Shown: piece by piece, positions 50,812-64,000 of the stretch
Position numbering within the stretch: position 1 is the stretch's first letter
Layout of the letters: each line of letters starts with the position of its first letter
NCBI RefSeq assembly: GCF_031769215.1
Contig: NW_026782736.1
Coordinates: forward strand, 1 to 64,000
From: Ylistrum balloti
Lineage: Eukaryota
Length of the DNA stretch: 64,000 bases
Reading direction: 5' to 3'
The notes under the pieces: generated by a model
Databases searched by the model: none
What the model was told of the DNA's origin: nothing
The model's input: the letters and a program-made list of their open reading frames with translations, nothing else
Translations under genes and position numbers: made by a program

Positions 50812-52966
50812 ATAACGTAGTTTGATATGTTATGGGCATAACTCGCCTTCCCATCTATATTATGACATTTCCTTAATTTGGAATGCCCTTAGTCGCCTCC
50901 TTAGTTGAATAGTTTGCTCTTAGCAATCAATGTACATGTACATATCACACATCATCATTAATTACACATTTAAAGAGTGATTAAAATTTGAACTAGAAAA
51001 TATCATATGAACGTTTTACGGATTGGACGAATCGCTTGGTTCTCTGGACTATTGAATATTTCATATACATCGCATGTATATTTTGTATATGAAAAATTGT
51101 TGGCCTTTTTGTATGCAGGACCATCACAAAAGTATGTATTTAACAAAAATATATATTATTCTTATATCATAAAGGTTGTTACTGTAGACAAGTGTTTTTT
51201 TTCCGCTCAATTTCCGCTGACTTAAACTCAAATTCGATGAAACCAGGGTAATATACATTTGTATGTACAAAAGTAAGACTTACGTCAAAAAGAAATCTTG
51301 GTCTATCGAAGTAAGAAGTATTATGCTCTCAAATGAGAACAAGGTAAAACAAATGGAATCACTAGGTATACTAACGAGCATCAAACATCTCGAGCTTGAT
51401 ATCGTAGAAAGGTATAGGATATTTCGCAATGTGATCTTTATGACAAACAACAACTTCCCCGAAATTTTCATCAAATTGCGTCTTTTGAAAGACTGTGTTG
51501 TGAGCTTGCTATGTAAACACTTTACGTTTGGAATATTGCTATCCAGAAATAGGAAATCAATCATAGGGAAATTGAAATAATTACACGTCGGCGGCCGATG
51601 TGGAAAAATCTGCTGTATCCTTGATTTCCAATTCTGGTGAGTATATACGACAAGACGTCATCAACACATCTAAAATTGAAACTGAAAGACTGACATGTCA
51701 TCGTGACCTGTTTTGAGACACCCCTCGGCAGATTCGGTCCAAGATGAAATTAATAACAAGTCGGGCAACAGAGGGGTATAGTTAGTTTGCATCGGCTTGC
51801 CAATAATCTGCTGGAAGATCTCATACTGTCAAACTCTACAAAGATGTTGTCAACCAGAATCTGAGTGTAGTTCACAATCACATATCATACCGTCGTTCAC
51901 CGTTCTTTGAAAAAAAAAACACCATGGAAATGTTCGTTACTATAGATGTTTGCCAAAACTTTTTGGAGTGATCAACATGCAATTTATTCTACTTCTTTAG
52001 TAAACATATCGCAATAACAATAACAAAGGTTTGATAGTAATATGAATGGTAGTAAGGGGTTTGGATAAGTTTTGTTTGAACATCAAGACCAGCCAGCAAT
52101 AAAATGCTGTTTATATGGATTCTTGTGAAGTTTATGAATAAAATAAAAACGAAGATTGTACAAAAGACACAAGTGTATAGCACATTTTAATTCAAAATTA
52201 GAGTTAGATACAGTAAAGCTCCCCTCGCCCGTCCAAAAAAAAATATATTAAAATAAAAAATGAAAATAAAATTAATAAATAACACTGCATCATACAGCTG
52301 TTTCGTCAGTCTAGGACTTGTTAGTAATGCTAAGGACATACACGCTGAAGCCTAGGCGGCGACTGAGACAAAGTGATCAATAGAAATGTAAAAATGTTAC
52401 AAAAAATATTCTTTGTTTCATAGTTGTAATATCATATGATCATTATTATATCATAAAACAACGTGAAAATATCATTAAGTTTCGACCTTGATATATCAAG
52501 TTACTTGCACATGGGAAAAAAGATTAATGTCATAGATCATTCTTATAAAGAAATGTCAAATATATTTTATTACAATATGTGCTTCACACGCTTCGATAAT
52601 AGTATCTACAACCAGAAGTTACGTTTTAAAACACTGTTTGCAACAAACTACAAACTCTTCCGATAATGTCGCATATGCACGTGAATAAATCATGTGTGTG
52701 TTATATTGAAAATTTGCAATTAATAACCTTCCATAAACATACTTTGTTATCTCTCTGTATAATCGTTATCAAGACGATCATGGTTCCTGGTGACTTTATG
52801 GTATCATAATGTTTAATCCTGAGATGATATCTGATGATAAAACATTTTCCTCCTGATCGATAAAACTAGCCTTTAAATATATATATATATATATAGTGAA
52901 AATGTGATGAATTCTCCGTGCCAGCAAACATATAAAAATTGGAGAAGAATGGAAAACACGATGAGC

Positions 52967-53009
52967 TGTAAAACATAAGCGCTTTCATTTCTTCTTCAGA
53001 TGTTTTACA
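52967..53009 (-). ncRNA. Minimal type I hammerhead ribozyme motif in the inverted pLTR
   Basis: Minus strand reads tgtaaaacat-CTGAAGA-agaaat-GAAA-gcgc-TT-atgttttaca: perfect 10-bp helix I, conserved core and palindromic helix III (AAGCGCTT). Confidence 0.75.
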
Positions 53010-55276
53010 TAATGTACATAGATACAATTGTGACGTCATTAATAATGCAGTTCAATAGTGACGTCATATTTATATGGGAGATAATAAAAGTACAATTGAT
53101 AATTCTAGGTTAAACTATTTAGTTTGGGATTGAATGCTTTTATGAAATACTTTTCCTTCTCTTTTCTAACAATATGACTGTCTGATAAAACTTTTTAAAA
53201 TGGAAGTATATGAAAGTTCTTCTTTCCACAAATATCTAAATGTTCACTTAATTTGATCTGGCGATACTATGGTACATTTATATGTTAAGGTAATAAATGT
53301 ATCTGCTAGAACACTAACAGATGCAGAAATGAATCTTCTTTCAAAAGGCCTTAAATACACTCCCACTCCGCGATCAAATAACCAAGAATTGAAAAATGAT
53401 ATAAAAACTTACACGCGCAGAATAAGATTGGCGGAATATATCTATACGCCACGGGAACAAACTAATGATTGGGAGAGTGAACGAGATATGGATATCGTAC
53501 GAAACAAGTCGCAATTTCATCCCAAAAAAGGCAGAAATAACACTATCGATAAAGTTTGTGATACACTGAATACTTTAAAATGACCACAAGAACCAGGAAA
53601 TTCCATTAAAAGCAATATCACAAGAGAGGAAGAAATGACGATGAACTCTTTGTCGAAAGATGAAACAATAGTAATAAAAGAAGCGGATGCAGGAGGTGCA
53701 ACAGTAATTATGGACAGTGATTTCTGTAAGAAAAAAAATAGGGGGTATCCTTGAAAACACGGAATTTTACCAAATTATTAATGGAAATCAAGATAAAATA
53801 ACGATGCAAAAGATAAACACGTTGATCAACAATAACACTTCAAGTAAAATTGGTGAAAAAGAACAAGATTATCTTACTGATTTCGAAATTACAGAAAGTT
53901 GTTTCTATGGATTACCCAAAATTCACAAATCATCCCAAATAAAAGAAGCCATTAAATTGCAAAATAATGAATATATAACATGCGAAAGTCCAGAAGATCT
54001 CCCGTTTAGACCTATAGTAGGAGGACCTAATTCCCCAACACAACGGTTAAGTCATATTTTAGATATTCCTTTAAAACCGCTATGCAAAGAAGTAAAAAGC
54101 TACGTCCGGGACGACCTGGATTTCCTCCGACATCTACTGGAAGATACAGATATAAATGCACAGCTTCGATGTCGTAAACCTATATACCAATATTACCGTT
54201 GATTTAGGACTAAAGGCGGTTGAATATTGGATGGAAAAGCACCTGGAGAAAGTTAGCCATCGCTTCAAATAGAAATGCATATTGAAAGCAATGTCTTTAA
54301 TTTTGAGGAATAATACTTTTACATTCAATAACAAACATTATATTCAAATCAAAGGAACAGTAATGGGAACTAAAGTAGCTCCTACTTATGCTACACTTAC
54401 ACTTGGCTACTTGGAAATGATCCTTTATAACGAAACTAAAGAGCGTTGGGGCGAAACTTTGGCAATATATAGCAGAAAACTGGAAACGATTTCTAGATGA
54501 TTGCTTTATAATTTGGAAAAACACAAGTGAATATTTGCTACAATTTGATGAACTTATAAGCACCCTGGATCCCAAATTCCATTTTTAGACATAATAGTGA
54601 AAAAAAAATACTACTGATATCTACCACACGTAAACGGATACTCATCAATATTTACATTTTGGATCTTGCCATCCAGCACGCACAAAACGTGCAATCCCGT
54701 ATAACTTAGCACGAAAGATCGTTACCATCGTCAGCGAACAACAGATCGGAGAGGAAATCAAAGTAACAAGAACAACAGGAATACAAAGTCACAAAGTGTA
54801 AAAATCCACGCTGTGGTATATGTGACTAAATGATGGAAGGAAAATCATATTATTTTGGAACGAAGGAGTTCAGTGTGACTTGCAATATGTCATGTTATTC
54901 AAAAAATGTTATATACTTGATAACATGCCCGGGCTGCAAGGAATTTTACATTGGAGAAACTAGTAATACCTTACAAGCTCGAGTTCGCGTACATAAACAA
55001 CATATAAATGTACCACAGTATCGCCAGATCAAATTAAGTGAACATTTAGATATATATGGAAAGAAAAACTTTCATATATTTCCATTTTATAAAGTTTTAT
55101 CAGACAGTCGTATTGTTAGAAAAGAGAAGGAAAAGTATTTCATAAAAAACATTCAATCCCAAACTAAATAGTTTAAGCTAGAATTATCAATTGTACTTTT
55201 ATTATCTCCCATATAAATATGGCGTCACTATTGAACTGCATTATTAATGATGTCACAATTGTATCTATGTATATTA

Positions 55277-55319
55277 TGTAAAACATCTGAAGAAGAAATG
55301 AAAGCGCTTATATTTTACA
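55277..55319 (+). ncRNA. Minimal type I hammerhead ribozyme motif in the 3' pLTR
   Basis: tgtaaaacat-CTGAAGA-agaaat-GAAA-gcgc-TT-atattttaca; one mismatch in helix I. Confidence 0.72.
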
Positions 55320-56029
55320 GCTCATCGTGTTTTCCAGTTTTCTAAATTTTATTATATAAGTTTTATAAACACTAATGTATTAATGATTAACTTCATAATT
55401 ATCCTCGACTTGTATGCTAGTACAAATCATTTCTTGATACGTCGTAACAGGTTTATCAATATGTCACTGAACGGAACATAGAATAGGATATCCCAGAAAG
55501 GGGAGATGGGCAGCGTTGGAAATAAGAAATATGTAAATCACCTTTTTCGTTCTTGCATCAACAGAGTTTTTTTGGGATAGTGCTGTTATGCAATATGTAT
55601 TTTTGTAAGCAAAGTTGCAGTCCTCTTGCATTCCTAATCTGTTTTTGCTGTTAAACATTACCCCCATATAATGGAGTAGTACAGTTTATTCTAGTGCTCT
55701 TATTTGGCTGGAAAGACGAAAGAAATGTGTACGGGGAGTTTTATAACTCATTGCTGATAACAAAATTAGCGTTCACTTGCAAGGGAATATTTAATGTTCA
55801 TATCTGTAATACGAACAATATCTGCCTCCTGAGTCATTGTAAGACGTTAGTCTGAAAGCTGTGTCACTTTACGTTCATGAATATCAATAAGGTAATTGTA
55901 AACTACTCAGCGTCGTGGAATTGAAGGAAAGGCAGATTGCTATCGGATGGTGCGGTTTGTTATATCGAAGGAGAGAAAGTCCTGATGCAGTAGCTCTCAA
56001 TAGATTTTTAATGATCGTAACGTATCGAA

Positions 56030-59000
56030 ATGTTTTACAATTTAAAGATTGCTATTTTCGGATTCTGTCAGATGTTATCTCTTTGCCACCTAGTGATAAC
56101 AGTAACATACTCGTCTATTCGTGGATTTGCGACAGGAGGTATAACAGACCTCTACCCACAACGTCCTGTCGACAAGGTCATACCTGGAAACATCTCAATG
56201 TATCTTTGTTTCATTAAGTGTGAAAGGAATATAAAGTGTATGTCGCTATTTACTAATGCTGGACAGTGTCATCTGTATTATAGTGGATTTGTGGACAACA
56301 CTGTACTATTACAAGAACCAGGGTGGAAGTTCTATAATATATATACAGGTAGGAATTCAACATTCACACTCAAATACATATTTTTATGAAGCTGTATTGC
56401 AAATTACATTAAGCATTTGATGAGGCTGTTTCTTTGTCTTTATGTTGATAGGTGCTATTCATTTGTTTCTTTTGTACAGTCCAATGAGATGATATGTAGA
56501 AATTACTGCTGGTGGGATTTAGTCAAGATGGTTACCGAAACTGCACGCAACTTATTAATTTCTCTTTATTGTGACACTATTTAGCTTATTTACCTAAACT
56601 TCACGTTCGTTTCAAAACAACAGAAAGTATTGAACATGGGTCTCTCAGTTGGCAGACTGCACGAAAATCATGGTAATGTTAATATACCATTGAATCCACT
56701 GCGAAATGGAAAAGGATTTATATAAGTTGTTTAACTTGTTTCCAATTCCAGTTCCTATGTAAACTTTGCTATGTATTATTCGCATGTTGTTATGGAATAA
56801 AATAAAGTTTATATTAATCCACTGCGACATGTAAACAACGTAGATTACGTTACGCTGCAGGTTTCTTGCTACCCAGAAATGGAGGATTGACTTTTTGTTT
56901 CGCTGTAGGAAAAGATTAGAAAATACAGCTGACTAATAAATGTCTGCCCTTTCCTTGATTTCCAATTTTGGTGGATAAAACCATGGTCGTGATAAATAAA
57001 TATCTTGTTATTTAAGACAATACGTCTCGAGTTATACGGGTTTGAGATAACGAGATTCGAGGGTACACAGCATCTTTTTTCCTCTTTTTACCAAACGAGA
57101 TACATAAGACAATATTTTCGATAAAGAGAAAAACTATTTCATACCAGATGTAATAAATACATTTGTGAGTAAGACAATCGATACAACTGTTAAAACATTA
57201 AATGAAAATTTCTTACAGTGGCTCTCATCGTGTACGTGCTTCTCAAACTGGGCCAGCGAAAATTTCTTTCAAACAACTAATACAGCATCAGAAATATCAA
57301 AACATTTCAATTATCACTGAAATCACTATGTCAATATTATTTTTATCCCGCATATAGTATACCCTGATCTAAAATTGATAACTGGTACAGAGCGGGATAT
57401 TTCTTGATATTCCTGAAATGGGGAATGTAGAGACCAACATTGATCAGTTGTCTCATCACTTAATGTATTACTTTTTCTTTCTAACATCTATCGTCATATG
57501 ACCCGGTCTGTTGGTATTTCCTTGGATGGCTGTCCTCATATGATATTAGCTGTTGGTATCTCCCGAGACATCTGTCCTCATATGATATTAGCTGTTGTTA
57601 ACCTTCCTAGGCATCCGTCCTCATATGTTATTAGCTGTTGGTATCTCATCTAGACGTCTGTCCTCATATGATATAAGCTGTTGTATCTCACTAGACATCC
57701 GTCCTCATATGACCCGGGCTGTTGGTGTCTCCCTAGACATCCGTCCTCATATGTTATTAGCTGTTGGTATTTCACTAGACATCTGTCCTCGTATGTTTTT
57801 AACTGTCTGTGTCTCCCTAGACATCAGTCCTTTCATGATATTAGCTGTTGGTATCTCCCTAGACATTCATCCCGATATAATATTAGCTGTTGGTGTCTTC
57901 CTAGACATCCGTCCTCATATAATATTAGCTGTTGGTGTCTCCCTTGACATCCGTCCTCATATGATATTAGCTGTTGGTGTCTCCCTAGACATCTGTCCTC
58001 ATATGTTATTAGCTGTTGGTATCTCACTAGACATCTGTCCTCATATGTTTTTTAACTGTTTGTGTCTCCCTAGACATCCGTTCTTTCATGATATCAGCTG
58101 TTGGTATCTCCCCTAGACATCCGTCCTGATATGATATTAGCTGTTGGTATCTCCCAAGACATTCATCCCGATATAATATTAGTTGTTGGTGTCTTCCTAG
58201 ACATCCGTTCTCATGATATTAGCTGTTGGTGCCTCTCAAGACATCCGTCCCGATATGATATTAGCTGTTGTTGTCTCCACTAGACATCCGTCCTCATGAT
58301 ATTAAGTGTTGGTATCTCCCAGGTCACCCAACTGGTCCTATTCTGATCGAATTTGGATTATGTTTATGTTCACTTGTTGGTTTTCGATTAATAACTGATA
58401 TTGATGTCTCTCTTACAAAATGGTGTACAAATGTCAAAGTAAATTAGCGTGATTATCCTTCAGAAAACAAACAAGAACAACACAAGCAAAAAGAAAAAAA
58501 TAATAATGTGTAAATATATTTCTCACACCAAACATTTTCATGTATTGTTTTTTCCAAGATGGTTGTCCTATCACCGATGGCTACATACAGAGCAGACAAT
58601 TAGGACTGTGCTACAAACTACACCTTGGAGGAGTGAGAAACTCGTATGATTTTATGTCGACATGTCAATCAGAAGGCGGAGAATTACTGCGCATCACATC
58701 CCAGGAAATACAGGATCACATCGCCGATTTCCTAAGTATACACACCTTTTATAAGTCAGATATTGTGATATTCTTTATTAGATTTCTTTGTTTTTTGTTC
58801 TTATATAATGATTTTGGCATCGCTAGTGTTTCATGATATCCTTTAAATACTAACTAAAAACGTATATAGTGATTGTCCTAACAGCAGTGATGGTATGCGT
58901 TTTATGTACTCATTATTGGTAATGCCCAAATTTGTCATTACCACAATTGGCTGCAAGTGACGATACATTATAATTTAAGTACAAATTAAGTACGTTTCAA

Positions 59001-59658
59001 GTTTTAGATTTCATAAAGAAATTAAACACTCATATCTGATAGAAGTAATTTACACCGATACAAATACAATATTTATATACTACAGAACAAACTTATATGA
59101 CTTATTGTTTAGAAAACTTTGCCAGTGAATTTGGGACCCGTACAAACAATAGTTCATGAACAACTCTTTTAAACCAAATCGTTTGCTAAGGACATGAAAC
59201 AAATCAAACTGGCCTTTATTAACTTATTCTATTTACAAAGTGTTTACTCTTAGTCTTTGTTTCTGTATTACCAAAAACTTAAAGATAATGTTAAAAGAAT
59301 TGTTAGCAAGATAACATGTGTCCTTTTCTGAATTACCAATGTAAGCATTGCTCAAATTTCTAAGAAAAAATGCCTAATCAGTTAAACGGCTTTAGAGATG
59401 CTCTTTATCTTCACAGCTGATGCCACCTGCCATTTGGTAATACTGATTCAAGGGTCAGACCGCAACAGCGAGGGGACATTTAAATTTGAGGACGGTACGG
59501 ATTTGTCATACTTCAACTGGTATGGGTCAGAACCCAACAACCACTTGGGCGACGATGATTTTATTTTCCTCGTTCCAGATCAAGGATTCCGGTGGGGTGA
59601 TGGCATTGGCGTTGCAACAACTGTCTCCTCTTTCATGTGTGAAATAGCTATGGTGTGA
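56030..59658 (+). CDS. Putative secreted PAN/apple-like + C-type lectin protein, copy 2 (exons 56030-56348, 58559-58735, 59417-59658; 245 aa)
   Basis: Same exon lengths (319/177/242) and splice sites as copy 1; intact ORF. Confidence 0.8.
57505..58320. repeat. 42-bp intronic minisatellite, copy 2
   Basis: Paralogue of 45645-46417. Confidence 0.95.
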
Positions 59659-59949
59659 CAATCGATTGCAAATATTGGTGATATAAAATGCATGCCATGT
59701 TTTACTTCATATAGATACTTCTTTTAATATTCGTTAATAACGAAAATTTAACTTATTTTGTGGTTGTTGCACCTATTCTTCTTTTTTTTCTTAAATCATT
59801 TTTTATAATTCTATTATTCATGAAGCAGTTGAATACACGGAAGAAAACACCGAAACAAAATCTTAATTGAAACACAAATAGATGAAAATGGATCAAATTA
59901 TGAATAAAGAAATATTTAATCGGAGACTCCTGAAAAAAATTAAAGGAGA

Positions 59950-60520
59950 GATACTGTAATTAAGGAACGTGATTATGTTATTTGGGAACGTGATTTTATT
60001 TTTTGGGAACGTTATGATGTTATTTGGGAACGTGATTATGTTGTTTGGCAAATTAATTTTGTTATTTGGTAACGTGATAATGTTATTTGGGAACGTCATT
60101 ATGTTATTTTGGAACGTGATTTTTTTATTTGGAACGTGATCATGCTATTTGAGAGCGTGATTATGTTATTTGCGAACGGGATTATATTATTTGGAATGTG
60201 ATCATGATATTTGAGAACGTGATCATGCTATCTGAGAACGTGATTTTGTTATTTGGGAACGTGATTATGTTGTTTGGCAAAATAATTCTATTATTTGGTA
60301 ACGTGATTATGTTATTTGGGAACGTGATCATGTCATTTAAGAAGGTGATTTTGTTATTTGGGAACGCGGTTATGTTATTTGGGAACATGATCATGTCATT
60401 TAAGAAGGTGATTTTGTTATTTGGGAACGCGGTTATGTTATTTAAGGCCGTGATTATGTTATTTAGTAATGTGATTTTTGCTATTTTGGAACGTGATCAT
60501 GATATTTGGGAATGTGATAT
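59950..60520. repeat. 21-bp minisatellite, expanded version
   Basis: Tandem repetition; the ORF track shows a 7-aa period. Confidence 0.93.
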
Positions 60521-61269
60521 GGCCTACTTGAATTGATCAAGATTAACAAGATATTTTCCTTAGCAATGTCTCGGGTTACAAACTAATCCTCATGTTTCAA
60601 TCTATTTATAGAGGAAAATTGTAAAATTTGTCAGACAAATATTGCATCAGTGTCATTCATTTCTATAAGTCTGATATCAGCCTCCCGCCACTTTTGCATG
60701 TTCTTGTAATATCGACCCCCGCTGTCACACAGCATGTAGAAATGCCACTTTGTTATGAATTCATAAACACATTAATTATTTGTATTGTTGATATATTCGT
60801 CAAAAAATCGATTTAATCGAATCAAACATAACAAAAGCTTTTATGTTTCATCTTCGATTTTTGAAACAAAATTCGGTCAAAATTTAGATATTGCCCGAAG
60901 TTAATGAAATTTAGTGTGCACGTATATCATGTGTTAACAAATATAAAAGAAAGATCAATACGGAGACCATAGTAAAAGTGCAGTGAAAACAACAAGTGTT
61001 CCGAAGGGTTAGTCTATTGTGCTTCATCCACGACATCCGCCCATAATGTAAATTTTCGTCAATTGAAGTGCCATGGTTGACAACAAAGCAATCACAATGT
61101 ATAATAACAAAAGAAAAAAGAGAGAAACATTCGGATAATTACAGGAAAAGAAAGATAGACAAAAACAATAGACGCAAAGACAGACAAAATATGGTAGTAA
61201 CTGCCAGATAGACAGACACACGGACATAATTGATACATGAGAATTGTTTTATTTGCTGGAATATAAAGC

Positions 61270-64000
61270 TGGTTAATTAGTTAATATCTACTAGAATATA
61301 TAAGTGTGTAGGGAATTTATTGATATTAGTTTAATATTTACTGGAATATATGAAGGTAGGTAGGGAATTTATTGATAATAGTGTAACATCTACAAGAATA
61401 CATGAAGGTAGGTAGGGAATTTATTGATAATAGTTTAATATCTACTGGAATATATGAAGGTAGGTAGGGAATTTATTAATAATAGTTTAATATCTACTGG
61501 AATACATGAAGGTAGGTAGGGAATTTATTGATAATAGTTTAATATCTACTGGAATACATGAAGGTAGGTAGGGAATTTATTGATAATAGTTCAATATCTA
61601 CTGGAATATATGAAGGTAGGTAGGGAATTTATTGATGATAGTTCAATATCTACTAGAATACATGACGGCAGGTAGGGAATTTATTGATATTAGTTTAATA
61701 TCTACTGGAATATATGAAGGTAGGTAGGGAATTTATTGATAATATTTACTGGAATATATGAAGGTAGGTAGGGAATTTATTAATGATAGTTCAATATCTA
61801 CTGGAATATATGAAGGTAGGTAAGAAATTAATTGATAATAGTTCAATATCTAAAGAAATATCAGTAGGTAGGTAGGGAATTTATTGATAATAGTTCAATA
61901 TCTAAAGGAATATCAGTAGGTAGGTAGGGAATTTATTGATAATATTTCAATATCTTCTGGAATATATGAAGGTAGGTTGGGAATTCATTGATAATAGTTC
62001 AATATCTACTAGAATACATGACGGCAGGTAGGGAATTTATTATAATAAGGAATATATGAAGGTAGGGAATTTATTGATAATAGTTTAATATACTGGAATA
62101 TATGAAGGTAGGTAATATACTAGAATACATGAAGGAAGGTAGGAAATTTATTGATAATAGTTCAATATCTACTTGAATATATGTCGGTAGGTAGGGAATT
62201 TATTGATATTAGTTCAATATATAGTGGGATATATGAAGGTAGGTAGGGAATTTATTGATAATATTTTTATATCGACTTGGATATTTGAAGGTAGGTAGGG
62301 AATTTATTGATAATAGTTCAATATCTTCTGGAATATATGAAGGTAGGTTGGGAATTCATTGATAATAGTTCAATATCTACTAGAATACATGACGGCAGGT
62401 AGGGAATTTATTGATGATAGTTCAATATCTGCTAGAATACATGACGGTTGGTAGGGAATTTATTGATAATAGTTTAATATCTACTGGAATACATGAAGGT
62501 AGGTAGGGAATTTATTGATAATAGTTCAATATCTACTGGAATATATGAAGGTAGGTAGGGAATTTACTGATAATAGTTGAATATCTACTGGAATATATGA
62601 AGGTTGATAGTGAATTTATTGATAATAGTTTAATATCAACTGGAATATATGAAGGTAGGTAGGTAGGTAGACGGTAGGTAGGGAATTTATTGATAATAGT
62701 TCAATATCTACTGGAATATATGAAGGTAGGGAGGGAATTTATTGATATTAGTTAAAAATCTACTGCAATATTTGAAGGTAGGTAGGTAATTTATTGATAA
62801 TAATTCAATATCAACTGGAATATATGAAGTTAGGTAGGGAATTTATTGATAATAGTTCAATATCTACTGGGATACATGAAGATAGGTAGGGAATTTATTG
62901 ATAATATTTCAATATCTACTGGAATATATGAAGGTAGGTAGGGAATTTATTGATAATATTTTTATATCGACTTGGATATTTGAAGGTAGGTAGGGAATTT
63001 ATTGATGATAGTTCAATATCTACTAGAATACATGACGGCAGGGAGGGAAGTTATTGATAAGAGTTTAACATCTACTGGAATACATGAAGGTAGGTAGGGA
63101 ATTTATTGATAATAGTTTAATATCTACTGGAATATATGAAGGTAGGTAGGGAATTTATTAATAATAGTTTAATATCTACTGGAATACATGAAGGTAGATA
63201 GGGAATTTATTGATAATAGTTCAATATCAAAGAAATATCAGTAGGTAGGTAGGGAATTTATTGATAATAGTTCAATATCTACTAGAATACATGACGGTTG
63301 GTAGTGAATTGATTGATAATAGTTCAATATCTACTTGAATACCTGACGGTAGGATGGGAATGTATTGATATTAGTTGAATATCTACTGGAATATATGAAG
63401 GTAGGTAGGGAATTTATTGATAATAGTTCAATATCTAAAGGAATATCAGTAGGTAGGTAGGGAATTTATTGATAATAGTTCAATATCTACTGGAATACAT
63501 GAAGGTAGGTAGGGAATTTATTGATAATAGTTCAATATCTACTGGAATATATGAAGGTAGGTAGGGAATTTATTGATAATAGCTCAATATCTACTGGAAG
63601 ATAAGAAGGTAGGTAGGGAATTTATTGATAATAGTTTAATATCTACTGGAATATATGAAGGTAGGTAGGGAATTTATTAATAATAGTTTAATATCTACTG
63701 GAATACTTGAAGGTATGTAGGGAATTTATTGATGATAGTTCAAAATCTACTGGAATACTTGAAGGTAGATAGGGAAGTTATTGATAATAGTTCAATATGT
63801 AAAGAAATATCAGTAGATAGGTAGGGAATTTATTGATAATAGTTCAATATCTACTGGAATATATGAAGGTAGGTAGGGAATTTACTGATAATAGTTGAAT
63901 ATCTACTGGAATATATGAAGGTTGATAGTGAATTTATTGATAATAGTTGGAATATATCTACTGGAATATATGAAGGTAGGTAGGGAATTTATTGATAATA
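61270..64000. repeat. 52-bp satellite (gggaatttattgataatagttcaatatctactggaatatatgaaggtaggta), about 50 units, runs off the window
   Basis: Direct tandem repetition with recurring variant units. Confidence 0.96.

Larger units (their letters stand above)
52896..55350 (+). mobile_element. Penelope-like element (RT + C-terminal GIY-YIG), decayed, with inverted pseudo-LTR
   Basis: VINVSARTLTDAEMNLLSKGLKYTPTP, FYGLPKIHK, PFRPIVGG, QIKGTVMGTKVAP, RFLDD, KCKNPRCGIC and VIYLITCPGCKEFYIGET, with multiple frameshifts. 52930-53286 is an inverted copy of 54999-55350. The element sits in a (TA)n tract that is empty in the paralogue at about 44150-44190. Confidence 0.93.
51975..60520 (+). repeat. Segmental duplication copy 2 (carries extra insertions, including a Penelope-like element)
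   Basis: Colinear with 43440-48290. Extra blocks at about 52280-52430, 52896-55350, 55530-55880 and 57180-57500. Confidence 0.93.

Noticed and set aside
53269-53286. MVHLYV as the start of the Penelope ORF
   Set aside because: These codons come from the inverted pLTR junction; the element coding sequence is 5'-truncated at about 53287.

Overview
Eukaryotic genomic DNA from a bivalve mollusc. A scallop is likely, inferred from the style of the H1, TRIM and lectin genes. Bases 1-32.6 kb are a near-homogeneous head-to-tail array of a 2461-bp unit carrying only a linker histone H1 gene with a canonical 3' stem-loop. No core histone or 5S gene was recognised. The array has 9 intact copies, 1 C-terminally frameshifted copy, 1 copy truncated by an I-group (RT-RNase H) LINE, and a scrambled, probably mis-assembled copy at the left edge. 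The LINE 3' UTR contains a headless segment resembling the Deu/Nin SINE domain. A second copy of that 3' UTR at 36.5-37.5 kb is a 5'-inverted insertion of twin-priming type, with poly(A) and a 14-bp TSD. The right half holds a Tc1 remnant, an N gap, five minisatellite families and a B-box/TRIM-like pseudogene. It also holds a local duplication carrying two intact 3-exon PAN/apple-like + C-type lectin genes whose ligand-binding exon is far more diverged than the other exons. A Penelope-like element with inverted pseudo-LTRs, each containing a minimal hammerhead ribozyme motif, sits just upstream of the second lectin gene. All calls were made by eye and no database searches were run.
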